Positions 45,764 to 56,094 of a stretch of 64,000 bases of DNA are shown piece after piece. Origin of the DNA: an uncultured Psychroserpens sp. (GTDB taxonomy: Bacteria > Bacteroidota > Bacteroidia > Flavobacteriales > Flavobacteriaceae); assembly GCA_947488655.1 (NCBI GenBank), contig CANKZZ010000007.1, positions 24,928-88,927 of the forward strand. The letters are read 5' to 3'. Position 1 is the stretch's first letter. Each line of letters starts with the position of its first letter. The translations under genes were made by a program, and so were the position numbers. The notes beneath the pieces are model-generated. The model ran no database searches, was not told where the DNA came from, and was given only the letters and a program-made list of their open reading frames with translations.

Positions 45764-46393
45764 ATGATTAAGGTATTAGTCGTTGACAACCATCCAATCG
45801 TAACTACTGGCTTTCAATTATTGTTTGAAAATCACGACGAAATAAGGGTGATAGGAACTGTTGGCAGTGGTGTTGAAATTTTTGAATTTGTACGAAGACA
45901 TGACGTTGATGTAATCGTTTCTGAAATTGAATTACCTGAGCTTAATGGTATTACTGCTCTAAGAGCTATTAAAAAAGAACATAGTAATATTAATATTATC
46001 ATGTTTAGCTATCATCCTGAAGAAATTTATGCCATTAGTACAATTAAAGCTGGAGCTTCTGGCTATGTTTCAAAATCTGAATCTACAGATGTCATTATTA
46101 AAGCTATAAAAAGTGCTTATAAAGGGGATATTTATTTAAGTGAAAAAATGTCTAAACACTTAAAATATAATGACACCAAACAATCTAAAAGTAGAATTTA
46201 CAAACGATTATCAACTAGAGAGGTTGAAGTTTTGAAACTATTATCATCTGGTAAAAAGAACAAGGAAATTGCTCAAGAACTAGATATCAATGAAAAAACA
46301 GTTAGTACTTATAAAGCAAGGTTATTCAAAAAACTCAATGTTACCAATCTTATAGATTTAGTAAATCAAGGTAAGCACATGGATTTAACTTAA
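45764..46393 (+). CDS. NarL/FixJ-type response regulator (receiver + LuxR HTH), atypical receiver
   Basis: The receiver aligns to NarL, but the phospho-acceptor Asp position is Glu (VIVSEIELPELNG versus LILLDLNMPGMNG) and the DD pair is DN. The LuxR HTH is LSTREVEVLKLL..G..NKEIA..L.I.EKTV.TYK. Confidence 0.85.
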   Translation: MIKVLVVDNHPIVTTGFQLLFENHDEIRVIGTVGSGVEIFEFVRRHDVDVIVSEIELPELNGITALRAIKKEHSNINIIMFSYHPEEIYAISTIKAGASGYVSKSESTDVIIKAIKSAYKGDIYLSEKMSKHLKYNDTKQSKSRIYKRLSTREVEVLKLLSSGKKNKEIAQELDINEKTVSTYKARLFKKLNVTNLIDLVNQGKHMDLT

Positions 46394-48363
46394 ACCTTAC
46401 CTCCTACAACTTTACCAAGTTTTCTGGACAGTAGCATTTTAAGCCCTAAATAATCTTTTACATCCTCTAAAATACTTCTAGCATTTGCATCTTCTCGTAA
46501 GGTGTCATTTTGATATTCTAATACTTTTTTATCAATTAAAAAACAGCGCAAAGTTAGTATAGTTTGAGTCACCAATTGAGCAATAGAATGTTGTTTTTCT
46601 TTCGGAATAATATGGTTTCGCTCCCAATCGTGCAACGTGTATCGCTCATCATTCATCAAAATTGTTGTAACATCACTTGCCAATTGTTGATCTAATTTAT
46701 TTACAAAATTTCTGGTAGAAAATTCTGGCTCTTGGTGCAATGTATCTATGATAGAATAATATAAGGTCTTAAAATTAGAGTTTGTAAATTGCATTTCGTC
46801 TTCTTGCAAATCCAGGTAAATCTTTTCGAAAACTTTTGCATTATGAATAACTGGCTCTAATTGAAGTTCTCCATCCTCTGTCTCCTTTAAAACTAAGTCT
46901 TCGAAATCCTCAACTTTTGTTCCGTAAAGCAAAAGTATTTCAATAATTTTACGTTCAAGCTCATATTGTAAATCTACTTTTTGTGCTTTAGGCTCTGATT
47001 TTACAACTTGAAAAGTATTTTGTTTTTGCTCATTTTTATAACTTTTATTTGCCTCTTGAGTGTCCTTTTTATTAATTTGAGCAAGAGTTGTGAACAATAC
47101 ATCTTCACTAATATCCATGATACGAGAGCACTCTTGTACATAGATTTCTTTTTTTATTTGATCTGGAATTTTAGAAATGCTATTTACAATTTCTCTAATG
47201 GTTTCAGCCTTTTTAATGGGATCGTTATTAGCTTCTTTTACCAATAATGACGCCTTAAACTGAATAAAATCTTTAGAGTTTTCGTTAAGATAGGTTGTTA
47301 ACTCCTCTAAGGTATTTTGTTTTGCAAAACTATCTGGATCTTCACCTTCTGGAAAACCACAAACCTTAACATTCATACCTTGCTCAAGAATTAAATCTAT
47401 ACCTCTTATAGAAGCTCTAATACCTGCAGCATCACCATCAAAAAGTACCGTAATATTATTTGTTAACCTATTAACAAGTCTAATTTGCTCTGGAGTTAAA
47501 GCTGTACCAGAAGATGCCACAACATTCGTAATTCCAGTTTGATGAAACTGGATAACATCTGTATAACCTTCTACTAAATAACAATTATCCTCTTTAGCAA
47601 TAGATTGTTTTGCCTGGAATATACCGTAAAGAATTTTACTCTTATGATAAACCTCACTCTCTGGTGAATTTAAATACTTAGCTGCTTTTTTATCTGTTTT
47701 TAAAATACGTCCTCCAAAGCCTAGAACTCGACCACTCATACTTTGAATAGGAAACATAACTCGACCTTTAAAACGATCAAATTTTTTGTCTGGCTTAACG
47801 ATTGAAAGTCCTGTTTTCTCTAAGAATTCTATTTGATACCCTTTTTTTAAGGCTTCATCTGTAAAAGCTTGCCACTCATCTAAGGAGTATCCTAAACTAA
47901 ATTGTTTAATTGTTTCGTTTGTAAACCCACGTTCTTTAAAATAACTTAAACCAATAGCTTGTCCTTGATCGGTTTTTAGCATGATACGTTGAAAATAATC
48001 TTTAGCAAACTCGTTTACTAAATACAAACTCTCTCGCTCATTTGCTTCTTGTTTTTGTTCATCTGTTTGCTCAGTTTCTTCTATTTCTATATTATACTTT
48101 TTAGCAAGGTATTTTATGGCTTCTGGGTAAGTAAAATGCTCATGCTCCATCAAAAAAGTGACTGCATTACCTCCTTTTCCGCTAGAGAAATCTTTCCAAA
48201 TTTGTTTTACAGGAGACACCATAAAACTTGGTGAGCGTTCATCACTAAATGGACTCAAACCTTTAAAGTTACTGCCAGATTTTTTTAACTGTACAAAATC
48301 GCCAATAACCTCCTCTACCCTTGAGGTTTCAAAAACTTGTTCTATCGTAGATTTTGATATCAA
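46390..48363 (-). CDS. dnaG: DNA primase
   Basis: Has an N-terminal primase zinc-binding-domain homolog, a TOPRIM core (EGYTDV, DGDAAG) and a C-terminal helical domain. TTG is the only possible start, because an in-frame TAG lies 3 codons upstream. The 3' end overlaps the convergent regulator by 4 nt. Confidence 0.95.
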   Translation of the reverse strand: MISKSTIEQVFETSRVEEVIGDFVQLKKSGSNFKGLSPFSDERSPSFMVSPVKQIWKDFSSGKGGNAVTFLMEHEHFTYPEAIKYLAKKYNIEIEETEQTDEQKQEANERESLYLVNEFAKDYFQRIMLKTDQGQAIGLSYFKERGFTNETIKQFSLGYSLDEWQAFTDEALKKGYQIEFLEKTGLSIVKPDKKFDRFKGRVMFPIQSMSGRVLGFGGRILKTDKKAAKYLNSPESEVYHKSKILYGIFQAKQSIAKEDNCYLVEGYTDVIQFHQTGITNVVASSGTALTPEQIRLVNRLTNNITVLFDGDAAGIRASIRGIDLILEQGMNVKVCGFPEGEDPDSFAKQNTLEELTTYLNENSKDFIQFKASLLVKEANNDPIKKAETIREIVNSISKIPDQIKKEIYVQECSRIMDISEDVLFTTLAQINKKDTQEANKSYKNEQKQNTFQVVKSEPKAQKVDLQYELERKIIEILLLYGTKVEDFEDLVLKETEDGELQLEPVIHNAKVFEKIYLDLQEDEMQFTNSNFKTLYYSIIDTLHQEPEFSTRNFVNKLDQQLASDVTTILMNDERYTLHDWERNHIIPKEKQHSIAQLVTQTILTLRCFLIDKKVLEYQNDTLREDANARSILEDVKDYLGLKMLLSRKLGKVVGGKV

Positions 48364-48530
48364 TACTCTCTAATTTAATTTTAAATTGCTGCTAAAGACA
48401 CAAATTTAATCATATTAATATTACTGTATTCTTTTCTTTGTAGAAACTTAAAATAGTAGAAAGCTCGTCATTTTTATTCGTTGTAATAAAGTAAGCTAAT
48501 TTTGTTTAATTTTATCTTTCAAAAACATCT

Positions 48531-49811
48531 ATGAAAAATTTAAACATACTAAATCTCGTCATCATACTTATCCTTACATTTTACAGTTGTAAAAATGATG
48601 ATGATATTTCTCTTCCTGAAGAACAAGAGATTGAATTGACAGAAAACGTAGAGGTTTACAATGCCAACCTAATAGATAATGGATATACTCTTGCGGTTGA
48701 AAATGGTGGAATTACAGCATATTTATTAGATAAAAATGGAAATAAAGTTAAAGAGTGGAATTTTGAAGACAACCTAGGTAATGACTTACAGCTTTTACCA
48801 TCTGGCAAACTATTAGGCATGTTTAAATCTGATAGTCCAGATCTTAATTTTGGTGGTTTTGGTGGCTTATTAAAAATTATAGACACTAACGGTGAAGTAG
48901 AATGGGAATATTTACATGCAAGCCCAAACTATATAGCACATCACGATTTAGAACTACTTCCAAATGGCAATGTATTATTTATATCTTGGGAACGTATAAA
49001 TACTTTTGTTGCTCCGTTTGAAGGTGTTGTTTCTAATGTAGACATTTTTCCAGAAACTTTAATTGAAATAAATCCAAATACCAATGAAATTGTTTGGGAG
49101 TGGAAAAGTTTTGATCACATTATCCAAGACCAAGCACCTACTGCCAATAATTTTGGTGTAGTTAGTGATCACCCAGAACTCATAGATATAAATTACAACA
49201 TTGCAGATAATGGAGATATTATGCATGCTAATGGTATAGATTACGACCCAGTTAACGATGTCATCTTTTTAAGTGTTAATTATTTTCATGAAATATGGGT
49301 TATTGATCATAGTACGACTATTGAAGAAGCTGCATCGCACTCTGGCGGTAATTATAACAAAGGAGGAGATTTGCTCTATCGTTTTGGTAATCCAGATGCG
49401 TATCAAAACCCAGCAGGAACTAGATTATTTTACAATAATCACTTTCCTAACTTTCTTCAAAATGATGAGCCTGGAGCTGGTAACGTTCTCGTTTATGGTA
49501 ATGGAAACAACATTAACCAATCTACGGTTTATGAATTAGAAATGCCTCAAAACTATAATCTTATTCCTAATGCAGATAACGAACCAAATATTGTTTGGAG
49601 TTATACAAACGAAGATTTATACTTCGGAAGAATATCTGGTGCAGATCGTTTAGCAAACGGAAATACGATAATTGCCGAAGGAGATTATGGCTTTTGGGAA
49701 GTGACAACTCAAGGCGAAATTGCCTGGAAATATAATGGCTTGGGACCTAACTTTTGGAGGTGTTATGGTTTTAGTCCAGATGATATTGAAATTCTTGATT
49801 TAAATTTATAA
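48531..49811 (+). CDS. arylsulfotransferase (ASST)-like beta-propeller lipoprotein
   Basis: Lipobox FYSC. Has repeated ..HHD.ELLPNGN.. and ..MHANGIDY.. motifs resembling the ASST family. Confidence 0.55.
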   Translation: MKNLNILNLVIILILTFYSCKNDDDISLPEEQEIELTENVEVYNANLIDNGYTLAVENGGITAYLLDKNGNKVKEWNFEDNLGNDLQLLPSGKLLGMFKSDSPDLNFGGFGGLLKIIDTNGEVEWEYLHASPNYIAHHDLELLPNGNVLFISWERINTFVAPFEGVVSNVDIFPETLIEINPNTNEIVWEWKSFDHIIQDQAPTANNFGVVSDHPELIDINYNIADNGDIMHANGIDYDPVNDVIFLSVNYFHEIWVIDHSTTIEEAASHSGGNYNKGGDLLYRFGNPDAYQNPAGTRLFYNNHFPNFLQNDEPGAGNVLVYGNGNNINQSTVYELEMPQNYNLIPNADNEPNIVWSYTNEDLYFGRISGADRLANGNTIIAEGDYGFWEVTTQGEIAWKYNGLGPNFWRCYGFSPDDIEILDLNL

Positions 49812-49818
49812 TTAAAAT

Positions 49819-49853
49819 AAAAAGCCAATTCAAAACGTCTTGAATTGGCTTTT
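49819..49853. terminator. bidirectional hairpin terminator
   Basis: 10-bp stem GCCAATTCAA/TTGAATTGGC flanked by A and T runs, between convergent genes. Confidence 0.75.
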
Positions 49854-49872
49854 AAAATTTAAAAAATAACGA

Positions 49873-50949
49873 TTAGTCTAAATCAAATCTTAAACCTATT
49901 GACAGGTTGTGTTGATCAAATGTTTGGTCTTTAAAAACGGGACTCAAATCATACTTAGCATAAACTCCTAATCCTCCATAACCAACATAAGCACTTAAGC
50001 CATAAACAAAGGAAGTTGCATTATAGTCTCGTCTTATTTTCTGCTTTACACGGTCTCCATTTTCTTCAAACCTTAGTTTTTGTTGTGTACCTATATTAAA
50101 ACCAGCGTAACCACCTAAACCTACTTTAAAATGCTTAGCAGTACTGTATCTAAAGTAATTTTTACGTTCTATTTTTTCTGAAGGACCAAATTCAAAATGT
50201 AATGGGAATACCAGGTTTGTAATTCTAAATTCTGACTCTTTTAATTCACTAGGAAAAGCCTCTAAAGTTGTTACATTTCCGTCTTGAACAAAATAACGAT
50301 CATTTTTAGGTGTTAATTTATTCCATTGAAAAGAAAAACCATATTTAACTCTCACTGCATTTGACTCTTTAAAAAGTCTGGTTTTCCATGCTATTCCTAA
50401 TTCTACAAATCCAGAACCAGCAAATGAGTACTCATCTCCAATTTTTTGACCGTCTCCAATTGCATTATTAAATCCTGCAGCAAAAACCAAATCACTGGTT
50501 GTACGTTTATCATAAACTCTAGACTTATTTCTATTATTTATATTTACTCCTGTAAATTTCCCTAAACTAAATCCAAATTGCACTGTTTCATCAGAGTAAC
50601 CAGAGTCATTTCGCTCCAAGAGAGCTATTTTATTATCGATAATTGCTATACGATTTTCAATATTTAATGCTCTTTTTTTAGCTGCCTCTTTTTTAAGTTT
50701 ATCAGCTTCTTCTTTTGTTATGTTACCCGCTTCTAATCGCTTATTAATGTCTTCTACTTCTGTTTTTAAAAATTCGCGTTCTTCATTCTCAATAGTTTTT
50801 TTAAGCTCAATTAATCGATCTATTTCTAGACCATTTTCTCTAAAATCTATAGCTATTTTAGTAGAATCGGTTTGTGTTTCTTGTGCACTCATATTACTTA
50901 CAATTAAGCATAGCAAGAGTAGCACTAAAGGTTTTGTGATAGTGTTCAT
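49873..50949 (-). CDS. putative outer-membrane beta-barrel protein with N-terminal coiled coil
   Basis: Has a signal peptide, a charged helical region, then alternating-hydrophobicity strands. It is the last gene of the ECF sigma module. Confidence 0.45.
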   Translation of the reverse strand: MNTITKPLVLLLLCLIVSNMSAQETQTDSTKIAIDFRENGLEIDRLIELKKTIENEEREFLKTEVEDINKRLEAGNITKEEADKLKKEAAKKRALNIENRIAIIDNKIALLERNDSGYSDETVQFGFSLGKFTGVNINNRNKSRVYDKRTTSDLVFAAGFNNAIGDGQKIGDEYSFAGSGFVELGIAWKTRLFKESNAVRVKYGFSFQWNKLTPKNDRYFVQDGNVTTLEAFPSELKESEFRITNLVFPLHFEFGPSEKIERKNYFRYSTAKHFKVGLGGYAGFNIGTQQKLRFEENGDRVKQKIRRDYNATSFVYGLSAYVGYGGLGVYAKYDLSPVFKDQTFDQHNLSIGLRFDLD

Positions 50950-50976
50950 AATGTTTGTTTTAAAGTTGATGATTAT

Positions 50977-51798
50977 TTAATTGTTGCGCTCAGCAACTGC
51001 TGTCCCAAAAGATTTAAGTCTTGATTTTAAGCCTTCAAAAACTCGGGTTCTAAACGATTGTTCCAGATCATCTTCAACGTCTTGAAGTAAAGCATCTGCG
51101 TCTACCGTTTTTGTGGTTTTATTGTATATACGTTCTCTTAAAATATCTCGTTCTGCCTGTTTTAACAGGTTTTCTATTTCGGCATCTGTAACAACGCCAT
51201 TTTTTATTTCGAGGTTTTTAATTTGATTTACCACCTCAACTGCTTTAAGCTCTTCAAAAGATAATGAGCTCACAGCAGACTCTTGTTTTTTATGGTTAAC
51301 ACTGTTTAAATGCGCTACAGATTGCTTGGTTTCACTTAAAAGATCGCGATTTTCATTTAAAATTTTATCAGTATTATTTTTAACGCTACGCTTACTGGGT
51401 TGATTTAATGTAGTGGCTAACTTAGGTTCGTTATTTATTGATGAATTATTGTGTTGTCTATTAATATCTATATTTTCTTCGGAAATTTTAGTCACCTCTT
51501 CCTTTGTTATAGTTTCATTATTAGTGCCTTTTACTTTAATTGGAGATGTGTTACTATTAGTATTTACCAAAATTGGGTTTTCAATTTGATTTTCCGCAGA
51601 TTTAAACATAACTGTTGTAACTAAAAGCACTCCAATAATACTTGCTGCGATACCTACGTAAAAAATAAAACCTCGTTTATTCTTTTTATCATTGGCATTA
51701 AGATTTGCAGACAATTTATCCCAAGCGTCAGTTGAAGGCTGTATACTTCGTTTTTCTAACTTATCTTTTATATTTTCTTCAAATTTAATTGGTGCCAT
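50977..51798 (-). CDS. putative anti-sigma factor (single-pass membrane protein)
   Basis: Overlaps the sigma gene by 14 nt. It has a short cytoplasmic N-terminus, one TM segment (FIFYVGIAASIIGVLLV), and a low-complexity periplasmic part. Confidence 0.5.
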   Translation of the reverse strand: MAPIKFEENIKDKLEKRSIQPSTDAWDKLSANLNANDKKNKRGFIFYVGIAASIIGVLLVTTVMFKSAENQIENPILVNTNSNTSPIKVKGTNNETITKEEVTKISEENIDINRQHNNSSINNEPKLATTLNQPSKRSVKNNTDKILNENRDLLSETKQSVAHLNSVNHKKQESAVSSLSFEELKAVEVVNQIKNLEIKNGVVTDAEIENLLKQAERDILRERIYNKTTKTVDADALLQDVEDDLEQSFRTRVFEGLKSRLKSFGTAVAERNN

Positions 51799-52351
51799 AA
51801 CTTGCTGTATTTATGTCCTTAATTTTTTTCTGTAGCATTTGTCTTGCCTTAAATAATTGCGATTTTGAAGTACCTTGAGAAATTTCTAATATCTCTGCTA
51901 TTTCTTGATGTTTATAACCTTCAATTGCATACATGACAAAAACCATTTTGTAACCTTCTGGTAGCTCATCAATAAGCTGCTGAATTTGAGCCACCTCTAT
52001 TTGCGAGTCTACATTATTATATTGCTCTTGATGAATAACTTCATCTTCAACCGAAAATTCTATGTGTTTTTCTTGTCTTAAAAAAGATATAGATTCTCTA
52101 ACCATGATGCGCCTTAACCAACCCTCAAAACTACCTTCGTTTTTAAAATTTTTAAGATTTGTAAACGCTTTGAAAAAACCTTGTAACATCACAGACTCTG
52201 CATTTTGCATGTCTTTAATATAAAACCGACAAATACTAAGCATTTTTGGTGCATGAATTTCAAACAACGTGTGTTGAGCATCACGCTTGCCTTTAGCTGC
52301 TCTTTTAATGAGCGTCGTATTATTTTTATGATGTAATTGAATTACTTTCAA
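51785..52351 (-). CDS. ECF-type RNA polymerase sigma-70 factor
   Basis: Has region 2 (..AESVMLQGFFKAF.., W..RI..R) and region 4 (Y.HQEIAEILEISQGTSKSQL.KAR). The listed start is TTG. Confidence 0.85.
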   Translation of the reverse strand: MKVIQLHHKNNTTLIKRAAKGKRDAQHTLFEIHAPKMLSICRFYIKDMQNAESVMLQGFFKAFTNLKNFKNEGSFEGWLRRIMVRESISFLRQEKHIEFSVEDEVIHQEQYNNVDSQIEVAQIQQLIDELPEGYKMVFVMYAIEGYKHQEIAEILEISQGTSKSQLFKARQMLQKKIKDINTASYGTN

Positions 52352-52457
52352 AATAACTTTAGTTTGGTCTTCTATTTATAAAGACGTCAATATTGGTAAA
52401 AAGGTTGCCTAAAGTTTAAAATAATTTTTAAATAACTGATTTATAGTTAATTAAATA

Positions 52458-53435
52458 TTATTTTTTTCTATCAATAACATAATTTACCATCAATTCTAAT
52501 GAAGTTTTATATTGAGAATCTGGGTAAGTGTGTAAAATCTCTAATGCTTCACCTTGAAATTGCTTCATTTTATTAGTAGCATAATCCAACCCATTATTAT
52601 CTTTTACAAAAGCAATAACCTCTTTAACTCTCTTTTTATCTTTATTATGCCTTTTAATAGAATTAATGAGCCAAGACTTTTCTTTTTTAGAGCATGTGTT
52701 TAATACATGAATAAGCGGTAAAGTCATTTTTTGTTCTTTTATATCTATTCCTGTAGGTTTACCTATGGCCTCATCGCCATAATCAAATAAATCATCTTTT
52801 ATTTGAAAAGCCATACCAATGAGTTCACCAAATTTTCTCATGGACTCAACGTGGTCTGAATTTGGTTTTACAGATGCAGCTCCTAAACTGCAACAAGCTG
52901 CAATAAGTGTCGCAGTTTTTTGTCTAATTATCTCGTAATAAATATCCTCTGTAATATCTAATTGTCTTGCTTTTTCTATTTGTAGTAATTCGCCTTCGCT
53001 CATTTCGCGAACAGCAACCGATATAATTTTTAATAAATCAAAGTCATTATTATCAATTGAGAGCAATAGACCTTTAGACAGTAAAAAATCACCTATGAGA
53101 ACAGCAATTTTATTTTTCCAAAGTGCATTAACAGAGAAAAAACCTCGTCTACGATTACTATCATCAACCACATCATCATGCACTAAAGTAGCAGTATGAA
53201 TTAACTCAATTACCGAAGCGCCTCTATACGTACGCTCACTCACTTGACCATTATCAACCATTTTAGCAACCAAAAACACAAACATTGGTCGCATTTGTTT
53301 GCCTTTACGGTTTACAATGTAGTGTGTTATACGGTTTAATAAAGCAACCTTGCTTGACATAGACAGGAGAAACTTTTGCTCAAAAAGTTCCATCTCGTAA
53401 GCAATTGGTTGTTTTATTTGTTCTGTAATTTTCAA
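52458..53435 (-). CDS. ispB: polyprenyl diphosphate synthase
   Basis: Has both DDxxD motifs (LVHDDVVDDS and QIKDDLFD). TTG is the only start upstream of the conserved N-terminus. Confidence 0.85.
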   Translation of the reverse strand: MKITEQIKQPIAYEMELFEQKFLLSMSSKVALLNRITHYIVNRKGKQMRPMFVFLVAKMVDNGQVSERTYRGASVIELIHTATLVHDDVVDDSNRRRGFFSVNALWKNKIAVLIGDFLLSKGLLLSIDNNDFDLLKIISVAVREMSEGELLQIEKARQLDITEDIYYEIIRQKTATLIAACCSLGAASVKPNSDHVESMRKFGELIGMAFQIKDDLFDYGDEAIGKPTGIDIKEQKMTLPLIHVLNTCSKKEKSWLINSIKRHNKDKKRVKEVIAFVKDNNGLDYATNKMKQFQGEALEILHTYPDSQYKTSLELMVNYVIDRKK

Positions 53436-53594
53436 GTATTAATAGTTTTTGAAAGTATTATTACAAAATTACTAATTAAGTACTTACTCTAATTATTTAT
53501 GTCGTAATTAATAGTTAAAACTTTTATCTCGTAAATAGTTACGCTCTTTTTTTCATATATTTAATAATTAATTAATCAAAAAATCATAGATCTT

Positions 53595-54836
53595 ATGAAA
53601 AAAATTACTCTACTATTAATTACTTTTTTAGCATTTACTTTAGGTAATGCTCAAACGACTTGTTCCACAGCTATTCCAGTTAGTGCAGGGACTACTACTG
53701 TACCTACGTTAACAGGTTCAGAAATTCCAGATCCAATTTGTGCTGAGAATGGTGCAGGTGCTAGTGTTTCAGAATGGTACAGTTATACAGCAACTGTAAA
53801 TGGTGTAGCAAATGTTACGACTAATATCGCTGCAAATACAGGTGGAGATACGCGTGTACACGTTTATTCAGGAACTTGTGCTGCATTAGAATGCGTTGGA
53901 GGAAATGATGATGCAGATGTTGCAAGTATGAATTATTTATCTGATTTAACTTTTCCTGTATCATCTGGAGTTACTTATCTAATCGCATGGGATGACAGAT
54001 GGGATGATGGAGGTTTTGACTTTGTACTTACTGAGACTGCAGTTACATGTCCAGACGGTTCTGTGCCTATCGACGAAGAATTTGATGATGCTAACCAATT
54101 TGTAACTTGCTATGTGACTGAAGATGTTGATGGTAACGATTTATCTTGGATCCAACAAGAATTAGATGTCGATGGTGATTCAACACTTGAGTATTTTGCA
54201 ACTAACGCTGCTAATACAGCATTTGGAGCATTACCAAAGGATGATTGGTTATTTTCTCCTGCAATTACTTTAGTTGATGGTGCTACTTATAACTTTACAT
54301 TCAAATTTAATGGAGCAAATGCCGAAGGAGGAACTGCTAGTGAAGATTTCGAAATTGTATTAATTGACACTGCAGATTCTGGAGGGACAGTATTAACTAC
54401 CTTAACTACTCAGACTGATGTTGTACAAAGTGGAACATTTGCTGAAGTTGAAATGATGGCAACTGAAGTTCCTGCTAGTTACGTATCTAACGTTGACGGT
54501 AGTTACTATATTGGTGTACATGTTACTACACCTGCTCCAAGTGGATTTCTTTTACTGTTTAATTATACAGTGCAAGCAACATTAAGTGTTGATGATTTTG
54601 CTGCTAATAACTTTAATCATAGCTACAATAAAGATACAGATGTTCTTAAATTAGAATCATCACTTCTACCTTTAGAAAACATATCTTTATATAACATTTT
54701 AGGTCAAAATGTAATTAACAAGACATTATCACAAAACAATGAATTAGTTGATTTATCAAGCCTTAAAGATGGTGTTTATTTAGCCAAAATTACAATGGAA
54801 GGTAAAACGCAAACCGTTAAAATATTAAAACAGTAA
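53595..54836 (+). CDS. T9SS-secreted protein (pre-peptidase-like N-domain, adhesin-like middle, type A sorting domain)
   Basis: Has a signal peptide. The C-terminus SLYNILGQNV...LKDGVYLAKI....QTVKILK is a T9SS CTD signature. Confidence 0.75.
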   Translation: MKKITLLLITFLAFTLGNAQTTCSTAIPVSAGTTTVPTLTGSEIPDPICAENGAGASVSEWYSYTATVNGVANVTTNIAANTGGDTRVHVYSGTCAALECVGGNDDADVASMNYLSDLTFPVSSGVTYLIAWDDRWDDGGFDFVLTETAVTCPDGSVPIDEEFDDANQFVTCYVTEDVDGNDLSWIQQELDVDGDSTLEYFATNAANTAFGALPKDDWLFSPAITLVDGATYNFTFKFNGANAEGGTASEDFEIVLIDTADSGGTVLTTLTTQTDVVQSGTFAEVEMMATEVPASYVSNVDGSYYIGVHVTTPAPSGFLLLFNYTVQATLSVDDFAANNFNHSYNKDTDVLKLESSLLPLENISLYNILGQNVINKTLSQNNELVDLSSLKDGVYLAKITMEGKTQTVKILKQ

Positions 54837-54850
54837 AATTTTATTACTAT

Positions 54851-54881
54851 AAAAAAAAGCGACCTAACGGTCGCTTTTTTT
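54851..54881. terminator. bidirectional hairpin terminator
   Basis: A8-GCGACC-TAAC-GGTCGC-T7, between convergent genes. Confidence 0.8.
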
Positions 54882-55920
54882 ATGTCTTATTGGCAAGCTG
54901 CCCACAGGCAGCATCTATATCTTTTCCACGAGAACGCCTTACGGTTACCGTTATATTCTCTGCCTCTAGCATATCAACATACATATCTATTGCTTTTGAA
55001 CTCGCTTGCTGAAATTCGCCATCATCAATAGGGTTATATTCTATCAAATTAACTTTGCTTGGCGCAAATTTGCAAAATTTAATAAGAGCTTCTACGTCAT
55101 TTTTGGTATCATTAATACCGTCCCAAACAACATATTCATAAGTTATTCTGTTCTTAGTTTTTTCATACCAATATTCTAAAGCCTCTCTTAAATCTGCTAA
55201 AGGAAAGGTGGCATTAAATGGCATAATAGACGTTCTAATCTCATCTATTGCAGAATGTAATGATACAGCGAGTTTAAATTTCACCTCATCATCTGCCATT
55301 TTTTTTATCATTTTTGGCACTCCAGATGTGGAAACTACAATTCGTTTTGGCGACATTGCTAAACCTTCTGGCGAAGTAATTTTATCTATGGCTTTTAGTA
55401 CGTTGTTATAATTCATGAGCGGTTCTCCCATACCCATAAATACAATATTAGATAAGGGACGATTATGATATAATCTGCTTTCTTTATCTATGGCAACAAC
55501 TTGATCATATATTTCATCTGGATTGAGATTACGCATTCGTTTTAATCGAGATGTAGCACAAAATCTACAATCTAAACTACAACCAACTTGACTAGACACA
55601 CAAGCTGTAGTACGATTTTTGGCAGGTATTAATACTGACTCTACAATTAAGCCATCATGTAAACGTACTGCGTTTTTAATAGTACCATCATTACTTTTTT
55701 GCATTTGATCTACTTTGATATGATTTATAACAAAGTTGTTTTCTAACATCTCTCTGGTAGATAAAGAAAGGTTAGTCATATCCTCAAAAGTATGAGCACC
55801 TTTACTCCATAGCCATTCGTAAACTTGATTACCTCTAAATGCCTTATCTCCTTCTTTAACAAAAAAATCTCTTAGTTGTTCTTTTGTTAATGCTCTTATA
55901 TCTTTCTTTTTAATCTCCAT
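54880..55920 (-). CDS. rlmN: 23S rRNA/tRNA (adenine-C2)-methyltransferase, radical SAM
   Basis: Has the CxxxCxxC motif (GCSLDCRFCAT), GMGEPL, and a C-terminal ..DIDAACGQL. Confidence 0.95.
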   Translation of the reverse strand: MEIKKKDIRALTKEQLRDFFVKEGDKAFRGNQVYEWLWSKGAHTFEDMTNLSLSTREMLENNFVINHIKVDQMQKSNDGTIKNAVRLHDGLIVESVLIPAKNRTTACVSSQVGCSLDCRFCATSRLKRMRNLNPDEIYDQVVAIDKESRLYHNRPLSNIVFMGMGEPLMNYNNVLKAIDKITSPEGLAMSPKRIVVSTSGVPKMIKKMADDEVKFKLAVSLHSAIDEIRTSIMPFNATFPLADLREALEYWYEKTKNRITYEYVVWDGINDTKNDVEALIKFCKFAPSKVNLIEYNPIDDGEFQQASSKAIDMYVDMLEAENITVTVRRSRGKDIDAACGQLANKT

Positions 55921-56040
55921 AGCTGAATTAATTATTTAAGCTTAGATTTTACCTTTATCTTATTGCAAAAGTAATCAAACCATTTTTCTGTTTGTAATAT
56001 GGCTTTTAGGTTTAATCCAGATAGCTATCGGGACCGAAGC

Positions 56041-56070
56041 AAAAAAAAGCCTTACTATGACATAAGGCTT
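56041..56070 (-). terminator. rho-independent terminator of queA
   Basis: On the minus strand the stem is AGCCTTA/TAAGGCT, followed by T8. Confidence 0.7.
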
Positions 56071-56094
56071 CTATTTATAATTTTAAATGATAAG

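Noticed and set aside
56017-56032. Palindrome CCAGATAGCTATCGGG (perfect 10-bp core GATAGCTATC) upstream of rlmN
   Set aside because: There is a single copy in the window and no second site or obvious partner regulator. I cannot support a function from the sequence alone.
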